A stretch of 64,000 nt of DNA from Lama glama. Taxonomy: Eukaryota. The DNA is taken from contig CM052817.1 of assembly GCA_028534125.1 (NCBI GenBank), forward strand, positions 3,226,001 to 3,290,000, read 5' to 3'. Each line of letters opens with the position of its first letter. The stretch's first letter is position 1. The notes beneath the pieces were generated by a model. The model saw nothing but the letters and a program-made list of their open reading frames with translations, did not search any database and had not been told where the DNA came from. Positions 50,393 to 63,154 of the stretch are shown here, piece by piece. Position numbers and translations under genes: made by a program.

Positions 50393-52155
50393 AGCACATT
50401 GGAGAGAGCACCCCAGTTAAGGCTCCAAGGCCTGCAGTCACCCATCCGTATCCCAGAGGGAACCCGAGGCCCAGACGTCATGTAACAGGCCCAAGCTCAC
50501 CCTGGCTCACCAACAGGAAGGCTGCCTTGAAACTCACCTTGTCTTCCACCATGCCCTGTGGTCCCCTGTTGGACAGATGGACCGAGGGGCTCGGACACTC
50601 GGATACTTCACTTCCCCTTTGTGGTAAAGGACGTGTGGTCACAGGCACATGGGAAGACTATCCCACTTCCCTCTTACAGAATAACCCCCCGCCCCCGGTG
50701 GACTATGACATTGGGATCATCTGTCAAGGTCCTTGCCTTTTCACGCGGCAAGTCCACGGCCTTGCGGAGACATAAGGGTGGGTGTCATTGAGTTCCTGCA
50801 TCATCAGGTTCTTTGTTCCGGCAGCCATGAGGCTACCTCAGGCCCTGCAGCCCCCCTGCTTCCTGCCCTTTGCCAGCTACTTTCTTGTGGTTCTAATTCC
50901 ATCTGACATCTCTCCAGTAAAGACCCCTCTGCTGCTGCCAGCTTGCACTGGTTCTGCTGAGTGCCGCCAGAGTCCCCAGCTGCCACCACCTTATGTTAAC
51001 CACAGCCACATAAAGCCGAGGTGCTGGAGGGCCGCGGACTTGCAGGAGGTCAACACTTGTTTTTTGCAGGTGCAGAAGCTGAGGCCCCGAGAGGCGCTGT
51101 CCTCTGCGGACAGCCCAGGAGGACAGGGTGGGGGCAGGCCCAGAACTCAGGTCCCCACTCCCCCCCAGGGCCCCCGGCCTTCACCTCCCCACAGCACAGT
51201 CTTAGGGCTGTTCACAGCCAGGGCGTTTCCTTGGTACACACGTGTGCAAGGAACAAAAAGATGCTATCTCCCTGCAGGAATAAAGAGGACCTGCTATCTC
51301 CTGTCTGCACATGGCCTCCCCTGGCCCCACTCAAACCATCCCCCAGCGGATTCATGTTGGAGACACTTTGGACTTGTCCCAGTCCTTGGGAACAAATGTG
51401 AGGGCTCACCTCCCTCTCCCTGATCCCGTCCTGCCGTCCAAGGCCGGCTTCCCTGTGCCCCTGGCGCTGGGAGCTCATCTGGTACATTCTCATCAGTTCC
51501 CAGGTGCCCGTGATGGGGTCATCCTGGGCGAGCTTGGGGAGCAAAGACGAGCAGACGTGGTGCCGGTCCCCGGGGAGTCCCCACTTGTTCAGAGAGTGTG
51601 AACGACACGCACCCTGACCAGCTCTGGGCGCACTGTGAGCTGCGGGCGCTCACAGGCAGGAACAGTGTTAACTGAGCACCCACTGCACACTCGGGCAGGT
51701 GCTGGGCCCTCCACGGGCAGTGCCGTGTTGTTTGCTTCCTGTGCAGACAGCACCACACCCCACTGAGGACACAGGGTGCTGAGAAGCCAGAGGCCTGACA
51801 AGTTCCCCCCACGGTCTGTAAGTGCAGGGTGGTGACCAGTGACGGGCAGACTGTCAATGCCCCGGTTCTGGCCTGGGGGACCCCCAGCTCCTCACCCAAG
51901 CCCCCTACACCCCACTGGGGTCCACATCTGGAACACTGGCTGAAGGCAGGGCACTTCCCGGGAAAGCAAGCTGGCAGGAAAGGCTGGCTGTGAGGCCCGT
52001 CTTTCAAGCTAAAAATATACACTGGCTGGTGGGTTGAAAGAGGCAGGAAGAGGGACTTTGAGGTTTAAAAGAAAAATCCCTCAAATGAGAAATGGTTTTT
52101 TTTTTTAACAGCAGCGTTAGAAGAAACTCAGCAGGAGCAAGGTCAGTCAATGCTG

Positions 52156-52712
52156 GTGGACATGTGCACACGGGCTATTCTTGCTTCCACCTGCTCCTGT
52201 TCCCAAAACCTCGTTTGCCTGGCTTGAGGAACCATCCTCCCCTCACTGAAATCCATGTGAGTCCTGCCTCCCTGAGATCATGTGACCTGGCCTGGCCAAT
52301 CAGAGCATCAGCTCGTTCTGGCCACACCCACTGCTTCAGGAACAGGGCACATGACCCTAGGTCCAGCCAATGGGAATCTTCCCTGGGATCTGTGCTGAAA
52401 CTACTGGGAATGGACCCATGCTCCTTTTGATATCATGATGCTAGGGATCTTGTGTGTCTGGGGCTGCCAGACATCATCTTTTCTACCAAAAGGCCAGATT
52501 GTGCCTGAGACTGAAGCCTAGCCCTAGGAGAGCAGAGCTGAGAGATGGAGAGAGAAAGAGAGAGACACCGAGAGCTGATGTCATTATTAAAGGCCCTGGA
52601 TCAAGCTGTGCCTGAAGGAAGCTCTACCCCTGGTCTTCATAAGCCAATGTGTTACTCTTCTTATCTGAGTGGCTTCGTATTACTTGCAATCAAATGAGTC
52701 CTGACTAATACA
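52156..52712 (+). mobile_element. MaLR LTR, MLT1K-like
   Basis: catgtgacctggcctggccaatcagagcat, ccctggatcaagctgtgcctgaag, acttgcaatcaaatgagtcctgactaataca. Confidence 0.8.
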
Positions 52713-53859
52713 GCACAGAGGGTGAGGACAGGTATTTATTTGATGGCTGGTTTGTCACAGGAAGACCAGTAGAACAGAAAACACTAGAAATGGAAGTCCT
52801 CTCAAAGGTCACGCACAGACAGCTGCTACCAACATGGGTGCTGCCACTCTAGCCCTCTGGCACCTAAGTCGACACCACTGATCAATCAGGCCTCCTTCTC
52901 TAGAAAGGGCAGACATACCCCTTGGATAAGCCACGCAACTTGCCGAATTCATGAAAACCAGTGTATTTGTATATGAGGGGAGGAGGGGCATGATCAGCAG
53001 TTCTGTAACTTACAGACTACCACTGCCAAAGCTGGGTGGCAAACAAGTGCTAAAAATACAGATACAAAGCACTTTCCCTGGGCTTCCCTCTGCCTCGCCC
53101 TCAGTTTGTCCTGCACCTTCCACAGCACCAGGGCTGCAGGGTGCACAGAGGGCAGGGCTGTAAGAACCCTGCCCAGGTGGGGGCCCAGCTCCACCCTGAC
53201 CTGGAGAATTACTTCCTCTCTCTGAGCTGCAGGCTGCTCACCTGGAGGCTGAGGACACCTGTGGCCTGAGTTGTTGTGTGCCTTTGGTGGGATAATAATT
53301 AACGTCATCAGCACCTGTCACAGAATCGGCAGTGGCTCGGCGCCCGACCCCACGCCCAGCACCTTAGAAAGCACTGCATCCAACCTTTCTAGAAACCTGG
53401 TGACAAGGGCACCCACTTGACCAGCAAGGCTCAGAGGGGCTCAGGAAATTTCCCCAAGCCCTGGTTCTGCCTCATTTGAGGACCTGTGTCTCCACTGCTG
53501 GGATGTAGGGGACCCTGTGTCAGGTGGCCGTGCTGTAAGCCCCACCATCCTCTCCCCAGGGCTGCTGTACCTGCCTGCTGCCTGAGCCAGCTGTACCGTG
53601 CCCATTGTCACCACCAGTGTCACTCACCAGCGCACACCTGCCCACTGTCCTCTGTCCAGGCCCTCACATGGCAAAGCTTCTTCCAATCCAAGGAGAAGCC
53701 CTTCAACCCTTGGCATTTACTGGCCGTGGATGGCAGTGGGGCCAAAGAGGTGTGAGATGACCCAGGTCCCCATGGATCCCAGTGGTGGCTGGCTCTCCAC
53801 GGGCACAGACACCAGTGTTCTCAGGTCCCTGCCAGCCCTGGGGCCCCAGGACACTGGGG

Positions 53860-54400
53860 TACATGTGGGTTTCCTGTGGTTGCTGTGCAAATGACCACAA
53901 GTTCACGGCTTAAAACCACACAGGTCTATTCTCTTACAGTTCTCGAGGCCTGAGTCCCAAATCAGTGTCAGTGGACTGAAGTCGAGCTGTGGGCAGGGCC
54001 GGTCCCTTGCTGACGGTCCCAGGGGAGAACCCACTCCCGGCCCCTCCTATCTTCAAAGTCAGCAGCGCAGCGACAGACGGGACCACTGGTCTCCCCACTC
54101 CCTTCTCTCCCCCCGTCTCTCCCCAGTTCCCCCACCTCCCTGTGACCATCTGCTTGCACTGTCACATCTCCTCTGATCCTCCTGCCCCCCCCCACCCGCT
54201 TAGCAGGATTACTGTGACCACAGTTGTCTACGGGATGATCAGGGAAACCTCCCATCTCCAGCTCCTTAACTCAGCCATGTCTGCACAGTCTCCTCTGCCA
54301 CAAGCAGTGTGTGTGTCCCCTCTGCCACACGCAGTGTGTGTGCACCGGTTCCGGGGATTAGGATGTGGACCTTGTTGGGGGGATGGAGAGGTGCCTGCCC
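53860..54400 (-). mobile_element. MaLR LTR, MLT1D-like, with a small internal tandem duplication
   Basis: aaatgaccacaagttcacggcttaaaac, tattctcttacagttct, ggttccggggattaggatgtggac; cctctgccacaagcagtgtgtgtg is duplicated near 54292-54343. Confidence 0.8.
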
Positions 54401-56799
54401 GAGTTGCTTTAGGGGAGGAGGGGCCCTGAGCGAGAAGAACAGGGGGGAGGGGCTAGGCTGGAAGGGACTGGCCTGCAGGCATGAGGTAAGGCTGGGGAGG
54501 TGGGCGGCAGGGGTTTCACACGAAGAACAACAGGTCAGGCCGCCCGGGCAGCGCTGCGCCCTGGAGGCTGAGGGATGCCAAGTCTGGGAGAGCTGGGGTG
54601 ACGGTGAGGAGGCCACTGGGGTGAACCAGGCGAAAGTAAGGGGTAGCAGAGGAGATGGAGAGAGGCCCAGGGCACTGGCAGGAGTCCACAGTAGCTGGGG
54701 TTTGGAGGGCAAGGAAGACCGAGGGCGAGGACCACACCGGGGCTTCTGCCGGGTGCCTGTGGGGATGCGGCACAGCCACAGATACAAGCCGTGAGAAGAC
54801 TGGCTTACACATCAGGGCAGGAGTCGCTTTTGCAGCCTTGGGGTGGAGCCATGGCAGAGGGGGAGCTAAACTAAAGCAAGAACAGGTCCTGATGCAAAAA
54901 AAAAAAAAAAAAAAACATGGCAGAGGCTGGAGATGCTCTCGGCCCATCAGGGCCCCTCAGAGATCCGGCCTCCCCCACTGCGGACATCACTTTCAGATTT
55001 AAGCTGTCTTTCCCAGGCTGGGGTCCTTCAAGCTTAGTAAGAGCCCCCTCTGCACAAGGATGGCACATCCTCTGCCACTATTCTCTAATCACTCGTGTCA
55101 GAAGGGAAAAGGGATGAAATTCAGGCTGCAGCCAACAGCCTGCCAGAAGCAGTTTTCTGAAGCCCTGATTCTTACTTAAAGGGGACGATGAGCAGGGGTG
55201 ACGTGGAAAACCAGGATGGGAGGCCCATGTCAGCATCTTCGACCTGGAGGCAATGTCCCCTCCATCACTGGCTGCACTGGACACAGCTGCTGACCGTGCC
55301 ACACGGCATGGTCACCCTGCACGCGTGGGTCCCCTTGGCAGCCCTCAGGGACGAGGGAAATAAACCCATTGCCTCCTCTACGGCCCAGAGCAGAGCACCA
55401 TTCATTATGTACTGCGTATCAGCCAGCCAGGGCTTCCATCACCACAACGGAGGCCACGTTCACTATGGAGACGGGGCCACAATGGGATGGGTTGGGGGTC
55501 CACACGTGAAGAGGAAGGAGCTCTCCCAAGCCCAGGCCCCTCAAGGTGTCTGAGCTCTGCTAAATGGTGCTCGCCCGCCACCCCGGGTCTCTATGATGGG
55601 GCAGAGGTGGTTCTGGGCGGAGGAGGTGCACCAGGTTTATCCTGAAGACAGAGCCAGTCAAAGGCTTTGATTTATGAATCAGGTGAGTCTGGACAGGTGC
55701 TGGCAAAACCAGGGCTCCCCAGAGCCCGCAGAGTGATGGAGTGGGCCACAGGTGGGCCCCGGAGATACACGTCCAAGTCCCACTACCGCCCAGCCCCTCG
55801 CTCCAGGAGTGTCTGTCTCTGCCTGTAACCGCCGCCCTGGGGACGCTGCTGTGCCCTCGGGCGACTTCCTGTGGCTCTCCGGTCCCGGCCCCAGGGCAGC
55901 CTCTCTCCCGCTCCCTCCACCCGCCTCCTGCCCATGGACTGACACTGCGCACATGGAGAGCACCGAGTGGGGCAAGTAGGTGTGGCCAGTGGCCCCTGGG
56001 GCCCTGCAGAAGAGGGTGGACTCCCTGACACACGGGTGGGCAGCCCCCCAGGATGCCCAGAGTGGCCTTTTTCACGTTCTAGTTGACTTTTCGGTCGTGG
56101 ACTTCGGGGTGTGAGAATCTGCACCACCGCAGAGGAGGGGCTAAGCCCAGCGTCCCTTTCCCTCGTGTTTTCCCAGGGGCAGAGGCCAGAGCCCGAGGAC
56201 GCGCTTCCGTGGAAGCAGGGCTTCTCTCCTCCTCCCGTCTCTCCCGCAGCAACCTAGGGGCGCTGAGGGGCAGTCGTTTTCGCACATCAGCTGATGTTTC
56301 AAGGGGCTCACTCTGTTTCTGAGATGACAGCTCTGTCCACCGATAGCCCCAATTGAGCCATTTTTCTCCTGGACAGGAGAGGCTGCCTGGCTCCCCGGGG
56401 AAACAGAGAACATCGCCGATTGGAAGTGAAGGCCCATTTAGCACAAGGTCGGCTTCCCAGCCTCCACAGGCCCCCGCTCCTGGCTGGTCTCCCCACCAGG
56501 CAGGGGCTCCCACCCTTGTAACTGACCTGGGGACCTGGCCCCGCCCTGAGCACTGAGCCAGGGGAAGGGGGGTGAGGTCTGGGGATGGCAGGGGGCCTCC
56601 AGGAGCCCTGGCTTTGTTCTCAAAGAGCTGGGGAGCTGGGGACCGACACCCAACTCCGTCTGCCTCCTCTTGTCAGCCAAGGCTGAGCAGAGAACTCCGG
56701 AGGCCTGTCCAGGCTAAGGAGAGCCCCTGGGAGCCCACCTCATGGAATCAGAGCAGCAGCGGGCACACACGGCTCCTCCACACCGCCAGCCCTGACCTC

Positions 56800-57170
56800 T
56801 GTCTCCTGCTCAGGCCTGGCCACCCTGAGGGTCCCCTGGGCACTACTTCTGCATGCCCCAAGCCAATGCACACAGTGTGTCCCTTCCTGGGCTCTTCATG
56901 CTCCCACTAAGGTCTGCCATCTCTTCAAGGCTCCCTCATCTCAGGAAACAGCACCTGCATTCACCCACTCCTCATGCCAACAGGCTAGGAGCATCATCTA
57001 ATCACAAAATCTCTCCTGACCATGCCCCTGCTCTGTGTCCCTGCCCACACAGGTTCAAGCTCCCCAGTGCTCACCTGGACCCCACAGGTGTTGGAGCCAC
57101 ATGGATGCCCATCAGATGGCTGAATGAATGCATGGGTGGATGGGTGAATGGGTAGATGGATGGATGAAGA
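56800..57170 (+). mobile_element. L2 fragment(s) with a (TGAA/TGGA)n tail
   Basis: Ends gctgaatgaatgcatgggtggatgggtgaatgggtagatggatggatgaa. Confidence 0.55.
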
Positions 57171-58579
57171 ATGGACTCTCCTTTAGTCCACTCCAGTCTC
57201 GCCACTGCAGCAAAAGAACTTTCTTAAAAGATGAGCAAACCAGCACATCCAATCTCATCCCTCGGACCCCTCAAGCCTGGGTACCCCCACCAGCGGTCTG
57301 CATGCATCTTGCCTGGAGAGTATCATCCAAGCATGACCTCAATTCGCAAGCGTGCTGCACAGGGCGCCAGAATGTTCCTTGGTAGTAAAACAAAAATCTA
57401 TAGCAGAAATGAAAATCAGCAAGACCTGGACACCTCGGGTTCTGGTCACCGAGAACCGATGCTGTGGGCGCCCAGCCTCCCTCACATCAGTGGAGCACAC
57501 ACCAAGAGGGTGCGTCTGGTTGCTCCGCAAGGGGTTTCATGTGCAGGTGGCAGCCTCCATCCAGGCCCAGGTCCCAGGGTCCAGCAAGGTGTCCTGAATG
57601 TGAGCACTGTGTACGAGGGCACCACACCAGGGCACCCACTGCCCTGTGCCACAGGAGGCCAGATGCAGGTGTGGCCAGCTCTGCAGCAGCCCAGACCAGG
57701 TGTGGGCACCCTGAAGTTCAGTGTGCATCTCAAGCTCATTTCCCAACAACAGGGAGATGGAGGTCCTCCCAGGGTGATGGGAGGATGGAGCAGGGGTCCA
57801 GGCTCACGCCTGACGGCACGTGCTGACAAACACACACGGCGGCGGCGGGTCGGCCCTCTCACAGTGCCTGCCCCGTGCCAGGCGCTGTGTCCGCATGTCC
57901 GTGCACTGGGATGGCTCAGGGTCGGGGGGCAGTCCCCTGGTGCTGTACAACACAGACACTGCATCCTGCCCTGGGGGTCAGGTGCTGTGTGACACCCTTC
58001 ATCACCTCATTTCATCCCCAAATTGCACCTCAGAGACCCAGGAGGGTGAGACACTGGGATCCGAACCCCCTCAAAGCCAGGTTCCCCCCACTCTGTGCCT
58101 CGGCCCTTCCTCGTGGCACGTTCTTGGTCAGAGGCTTAGGCCAGAAAAGGGAGATGCTGGTCAATACTGGGGAGAAGATTTCAAAGCAAAACGCCAACAG
58201 GTCACCTAAGCATTTCAAGTAGAAGAGAAACAAACAAAAAGAGCTCCCTCCTGCCTGGAACACTCCTCAAACACGAGCAGATCCCGGCTTTCCAAGCTCC
58301 CGGAAGCAGCGTCTGGGGATCCCAGAGGACGCAGGGGCAGCAAGCCGGCCACCGGGCTGCTGCTCTCCACGTGGACCAGAAGGACAGAGCTACCCCCACC
58401 TAGGAGTTCTCTGAGTGCACACGGGGTCCTGGGGCGGCCATGTCCGTGGGCGGGGCTGACCTGGGCTCCTTCCTGAGGGCGGACCACCACCATGCACTGC
58501 TGGGGCCAAAATGAGGAAACGAGGCAGAGATTGCGCTAAGAGGTCTGGTGGGGTGCGAGGCGCGGGCTCCACAGCAGGG

Positions 58580-58800
58580 AAGGAGGTGGGGCTTCCATAC
58601 TAGAGGGGGCGGGCTCTGCCACGGGGAGGGGCGTGGCCTCCATGCTAGAGAGGCGGGACCGCAGCTCTAGAGGGGGAGGAGCCTCTACATGGGGGCGGGG
58701 CTTCGCACCAGAAAGGGGAACAGCCACAGAGGAGGGGGCGGGGCCTCTACATTATCAGGGGCGGGGCTTCACAACCGGGGCGAGGCCCCCACACCAGAGA
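58580..58800. repeat. Degenerate ~20-bp G-rich tandem array carrying GC boxes
   Basis: GGGGCGGGGC at 58692, 58735 and 58758; GGGGCGGGC at 58606; GGGGCGTGGC at 58628; recurring spacers like ctctacat and ccatgctagag. Confidence 0.75.
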
Positions 58801-59259
58801 AGGAACTCAGGATTGGAGACCAGGTTCACAGGGTAAAAAGCGGGGAAATGAGCAGAGAGACAGAGACAGAGGCAGGCACGGAGAGAGAGGGTGAGCCCAG
58901 CAGCTGTTCTACACACGTGGAACAGGAAAGACACCCAGAGACAAAGCCTAGAAGAAGGTGCTTACTTCCGTGCTTTCCTACCCCGGGAGAGTCCCGCGGA
59001 AGCAGTCCTGGCACAGACTGCAGAATAATTAACAAGCCAGCCTCTCCAGGCTACAGGACACACTTGTACCAGGTGGGGCAGCAGGGGCTGGAGGCGGCAC
59101 CACCCGCCTCCCTTGTGAGGGCTCTGAGGTCCGGAGAGCCTGGCTAAACAGCGGCACTGGGGCTTGAACTCGGCTCCCAGGCCTGTGCCCTTTCCCTTAG
59201 TTTCCATCCACTGGAGGGGGAGCCTTGGTGACCCTAAGAACAGGCTGTTTGGTTTCAGA

Positions 59260-59490
59260 ACAGAACTGCTCGAAGGTGGAGCGGGCAGTGGGAAGGGAAG
59301 CAGCGAAGAGGTCCCCTGGGCCTGGGTGCAAATCCTGACTTGGTTGGCCAATGGCGTGTGGCCGTGGAGAAGCTCCTGGACCTGTCTGACCACGGTCCCT
59401 TCGCCTTTGAGACAGTGCCCCAGTCCTTACCTTGCAGAGAGTTGCAAGGATCAGACAGAGTGTTCACGACGCTCCTAACACAGTTCCTGA
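59260..59490 (+). mobile_element. MIR SINE
   Basis: cctgggtgcaaatcctgact...ccttaccttgcagagagttgcaaggatcaga...aacacagttcctgatac. Confidence 0.6.
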
Positions 59491-60904
59491 TACGTCAACG
59501 TAAAGAGACTTTGGATCTCAGGCCGTTCTACATCACGACCAGCGCGGCCTCTTCCCAGCGATGGTCTGCCCTCTGCGACACTGAGTTTCTCGGAGGCAGG
59601 ATTTTGGTCTGATTCATTTTTCCACCCTGAGTGCTTGGCACACGGCAGTGTCTCAAAACATCTCGGGTGAGTGAGCAGAATGAACGAATAGGTGAACTGC
59701 TGGGGCTTTTGTTCTAACCCTGTGCTTCTTAAATTAGGAGTCCTGTGCCCGGGAGCGCTCACGCTGGTGGCTGGGCCAAGGGGTCCTGAGGCTTAAAACA
59801 GATGCATTCTCCTGGGTCATCAGGTTGACAAAGACTTTTTGTTGAAAATGTGTATGTGCGTGTATGTGTGTGTGTCTGTGTGTGATTTTAGTATTCAAAC
59901 CAACACGGATATATCATGAAGTAAAGTGGAAATTCACATTAATTTTTAATATAAACCATGACACCTGAAAGTAATTCCATGTCCCAGCCAGCTCCCCCAG
60001 GCCATGCCACCACACCCTCTCCCCAGGCCACGGTGTTCTGGTCGTCAAGTCAGAGATGTGCTGCTCCAAAGCTGAACTGGGACTTCAGACAGCGTGGGAG
60101 GCACACAAAGGGTGCTGGGGGATCATCAGGGCCCCCAGGGTCCCGGGGCACGCCATGACAGTAGTGGAATGCCCTGTCTGTGGGCTGCAAGGCAGGAAAC
60201 TCTGATTATACTACAGGCGAGGCGAAAATAAAAGGGAATTCATTTTGTAAGACAGGCTGCAAAGTGGTCTCTTAAGAAGCTATAAAGTGCTGCTTAGCCC
60301 GTAATTGTTGCTAAATGGACTCCTAATAGCATTCACAGCCTCCTGCAAAACCTGTCCATTACCCGTAGCTGGAGAGGTAGACCCTCCACACATGCTCACA
60401 CGGGTGCCCCTGCAAGTAAGGGACCCGATCTCTTCCAGATCAGACTCACTCAGCTATGAATCCTCTCCCGCTGGAGGCTAACTTTGGCCCCTTTTCTTAT
60501 TCCTCCCACAAAAGGCAGCAGGAGAGGTTCAGTTTCCCAGGGCTCCCCCAGAACCTCAAAGGTTCAAGAAAGTTTGACTTGTTTGTCCAGTTCCCTTCAC
60601 ATCCCAGTGCCCAGCAGAGGATCCCAGCACACAGTAGGTGCTTAATCTGCATCTGATATGTACAAGATTGGATTTAAGGGTTCTCTCTCTCTCCAGCTCC
60701 AAGCACGCAGCCTGGTGCACAGTAGGGCCTCGACCCACATCTGCTGAATGGATGGGGCTCAGCATTGAGATGGAGCTCAGAGACCTCATGGAACTTGACC
60801 TCTTGCAGAGGAGGAGCCAAGACACACACAAGACAAGCAGAGTCTGGGTTCCGCCCACGTGTATCTCAGTCCCCAGCTGCTGCTCTTCTGCCCAGAGGAG
60901 ACCA

Positions 60905-61040
60905 GCAGTGTCCAGAATGCTGGAGCTAGAAGGGGCTTTGGAGAAATCCAGTTCAGCCTCTTCATCTTATGGATGGGGAAACTGAAGCCTGAGGAAGAAA
61001 TAGGATCTGACTAGAATCACACAGCACAGCCATGGTCAGT
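60905..61040 (-). mobile_element. MIR SINE fragment
   Basis: catcttatggatggggaaactgaagcctga...atcacacagc. Confidence 0.7.
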
Positions 61041-61871
61041 TAGGGCCCCATCTTTAGAGCTGCCGGCTTCTTACCTCCAGCAAAGTGGGGCTGGGCTGGG
61101 CTTGCACAGACGTGGGGAACCCCATCTGCTCCCTGGAACTTTGCTGCAAGGTGCCTGGGGAGCTCAGGGGATGACAGAGGGTGCTGCGGCATCTGGCAGA
61201 CCTGGGTTCAAATCTCGGCTCACTCTGCTCTCCTGGCTGGTGAAGAAGAGCTGTGCCTGAGCCTGGGCTGGGGTGCTTCCTGGGCATTTGCCTTGCTCCC
61301 CTCAAGAAGAAACTGCTGTAGCTCAGAGGGAGGGGGGCCCTCAAGGAAGGTGCAGAGTTCATGGCAGAACAAGGGTTCGATTCCAGTTCCATCTCTGGAA
61401 CAGAGCCCAACATGGGGTGAGGACAGCTGAGGGAGCAGGTGGGGCTGAGGATGTGGGTGCTGTAGGTATGGTGGGGGTAGGGGGGTCAAGGCTGTTCGTC
61501 AGGAAGCTCTTTACAGCAGTAAAAGTCAAGGAAAGGGTGGAGGGGTGCGGGAAGATTTGCTTTGGAGAGCTGACATCCCATTAAAAAGTGCCACAAAGAC
61601 CGCCTGGACAGCCCCCCGTGAACGGCAGTGCACATCAATCCTCATGTTCATTTAACTCGGCGATGCAGCCTTGGCCCCTGCAGAGCCTGCCAAGTTCACG
61701 TGCACACCAACTCCACTGAGCCCAGTAATCTGTGTCAGCGTAACCATCCAGCCCTCCAGTGCCCTCCCCATTGAGCCGTCTGGCGTTGGCGACTCCCTTT
61801 CTGGGTGCTTGTCAGTCTACAGAGGTTTTCCCAGGCTCTGCGCTGCTCCAACCTTTCCATTAAAGTCACCG

Positions 61872-62410
61872 TGAGACAGGAAGGAAGGAAAGGGGCAGGG
61901 CACAGCGATTAAAGGAATGACATAGCAATTAGCACCAAGATGGCAGGAAAGTCAACTCCCAATAGACCTGGAGGCCCAGGATGACAGGAGATTTGACCCC
62001 TGGTGGACCTTGAGCTACATTAGACGTATTGTAATGTACTAGCCTGGTGAGTGACACACCCACAGGCGCCAGGACAGTTCCGAGGCTGACCATGGAAGGT
62101 CAAAGGGCGGTGGCCCAATTTCTGGGAATCCTGCCTCTTCCCCAAAGTAGCTGGAACAATCCTCTCACGTGTCAGCACATGACAACCAGCAACGCCGCAC
62201 CTCACTCTCTTGCCTTCCGAGAGGCCCACACTCTGTCTATGGAGGGTACATCTCTCTAAATAAATCTACTTTTACTCAACTGTGGCTCACTCTTGAATTC
62301 TTTCCTTCACAAAGCCAAGGACTCTCACTCGCAGGGCGCGTCCCAGGGACTCAGCTGAGACTGGGACATGGCCATCCTCTCGCCCCCCTCCCCCATTTTT
62401 TCCTGTATCA
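61872..62410 (+). mobile_element. ERV1 solo LTR, MER41-like (cetartiodactyl type)
   Basis: TGAGACAGG...TGTATCA termini, flanks ACCG/ACTG (4-bp TSD with a CpG transition), caagatggc, AATAAA and ctcactcttgaattctttcct...agccaagga typical of the MER41 group. Confidence 0.8.
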
Positions 62411-62799
62411 ACTGTCAGAGCATCTATCGGTCCCTGCTTTGTGCGAGCAGGTGCCAGGCTCTGGGTTCCAGTCCCCGATGTCATGATTCTCTGTGTGAGA
62501 TGTGGCAACATCCCCTTTCCCAGGAGGAACCTGATCTGGATGGAGTTAAGTATGTAGCATGGCGCTGCCCAGGGCCCTTCCTCTGACCTCATTCTGGGGT
62601 CCCGAGGTGGCCAGGAGGCAACCATGGGTTTGCAAAAGGGCCTTCTCACGGAACCTGGTGGGGGTGGCAATAGCCTGGAAACGTCAAAGTCCCCTGCTCC
62701 ACAGCCAGGCAGAGAGCAGAGTCAGGGGACACAATTAGACCAAGAGGACAGAAAGTAAATCTCAGATGAAAAACCGAAGCCAGATCAAAGCCAAATCAG

Positions 62800-62851
62800 C
62801 AAAAAACAAACAAACAAACAAAAAACAATAAAAAACAACAACAAAACAAAC
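62800..62851. repeat. (AAAC)n/(AAC)n A-rich microsatellite
   Basis: Directly visible. Confidence 0.9.
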
Positions 62852-63154
62852 GCTGCAGCAGATCAGGACTGCTCATCACTGCTTTCCAAGGACTCCAACC
62901 CAAAAATAGATTCTCCCCTTGCTCTGCCTGGAAGGATTCTGCCACAAGGAGGGGAGATAGAGGCACCAGGATTAGCTTTCTCCCCAGACCAGCTGCTCCT
63001 TTAAAACTCATTCATCAAACTGGATCCAGGCGGAGCTGAGAAGGGTGGGAAAGGTAAACATCATACCCTGCCTCTGCTGCCCTCTGTGTTCCCAGAGGAG
63101 CAAGCGGGTAGCGGCTTCCACTGTGCAGAGCGAGGTGCCCAGCACAGCACGTAC

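Larger units (their letters stand above)
1..63154 (-). other. SORCS2: Large SORCS2 intron downstream of the exon; the next exon was not found in the window
   Basis: Begins with donor GTACGT on the minus strand at 63154. I did not find sequence for the expected next peptide (VILVSSSLS...). Content is interspersed repeats and non-coding DNA. Confidence 0.8.

Noticed and set aside
57231..57992. 253-aa ORF
   Set aside because: No recognisable protein similarity; composition typical of GC-rich non-coding sequence.
1..63154. Next SORCS2 exon or a nested gene such as PSAPL1
   Set aside because: No matching peptide found by eye. From memory PSAPL1 lies in the preceding intron in human. Small unrecognised alternative exons cannot be excluded.
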